A stretch of DNA of 64,000 bases from a phage, in the sequence record PZ445442.1; one strand, written 5' to 3'. Every line of letters starts with the position of its first letter. The stretch's first letter is position 1. Below the pieces are notes generated by a model. The model made no database searches, was not told the origin of the DNA, and saw only the letters and a program-made list of their open reading frames with translations. Shown in pieces: positions 63,704 through 64,000 of this stretch. The position numbers and the translations under genes are program-made.

Positions 63704-64000
63704 TAGTACAGACGGGGAAATATGGGGATGTAGTTGGGGAAATTGATCAGGCAGGTGGGGTATAGGATATGTTACAAGTATGTTAAATATGGAGGTTGAA
63801 TATCTGTAGGATTTGTGTGTAAAATCAAAGACTTAAGTGGTGTTGTGGTATTTTCTATAAATAATTCAAGTTTAATAGGTAATATTTGCCTCTATCCACT
63901 TTGTGTGGTAAACAGATTCAGATGAGATTAGTTTACAAGTGTATACATAATATACAAATTAAAGATACAGGAAACCCCCCTCCCCCTTCGGCTACCATTC

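Overview
This window reads as about 64 kb of a virulent tailed dsDNA phage genome, read from the sequence and the ORF track only; no database search was run. Layout: (1) 1-15.0 kb, plus-strand late/structural genes: a 5'-partial structural ORF, two paralogous tail-fibre genes (one followed by a Tfa-like assembly chaperone), a third fibre/spike-like protein and a 1877-aa giant protein with a BIG2-like Ig domain. (2) 15.1-22.1 kb, a minus-strand accessory block between a bidirectional terminator and back-to-back divergent promoters: Zn-ribbon protein, HAD-family phosphatase, four tandem small paralogs, a vWA/HExxH protein, an HNH-like protein. (3) 22.2-50.1 kb, plus-strand middle/replication genes: MoxR-like AAA ATPase, SleB-like secreted cell-wall hydrolase, GHKL-type ATPase, Dda/RecD-like helicase, an N6-adenine methyltransferase interrupted by a +1 frameshift at a T6 tract, a C5-methyltransferase-like protein, T7 gp4-like primase-helicase, a family A DNA polymerase interrupted by a group I intron carrying an HNH endonuclease, an SSB-like protein, a macro-domain protein, two further HNH endonucleases and a second tandem array of small paralogs. 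(4) 50.1-51.1 kb, a non-coding iteron-like region. (5) 51.1-62.0 kb, an early region of about 30 small genes, most with their own sigma70-like promoter, a short GC stem-loop in the 5' UTR and a strong RBS. (6) 62.0-64.0 kb, AT-rich repeat-rich non-coding DNA. No tRNA, rRNA, CRISPR array, integrase or reverse transcriptase was found. The most notable items are the intron-split polymerase, the frameshifted methyltransferase, the GHKL-helicase module, the macro-domain protein and the promoter/stem-loop architecture of the early region. All functional calls rest on motifs I could read in the translations; splice junctions and promoter positions are approximate.
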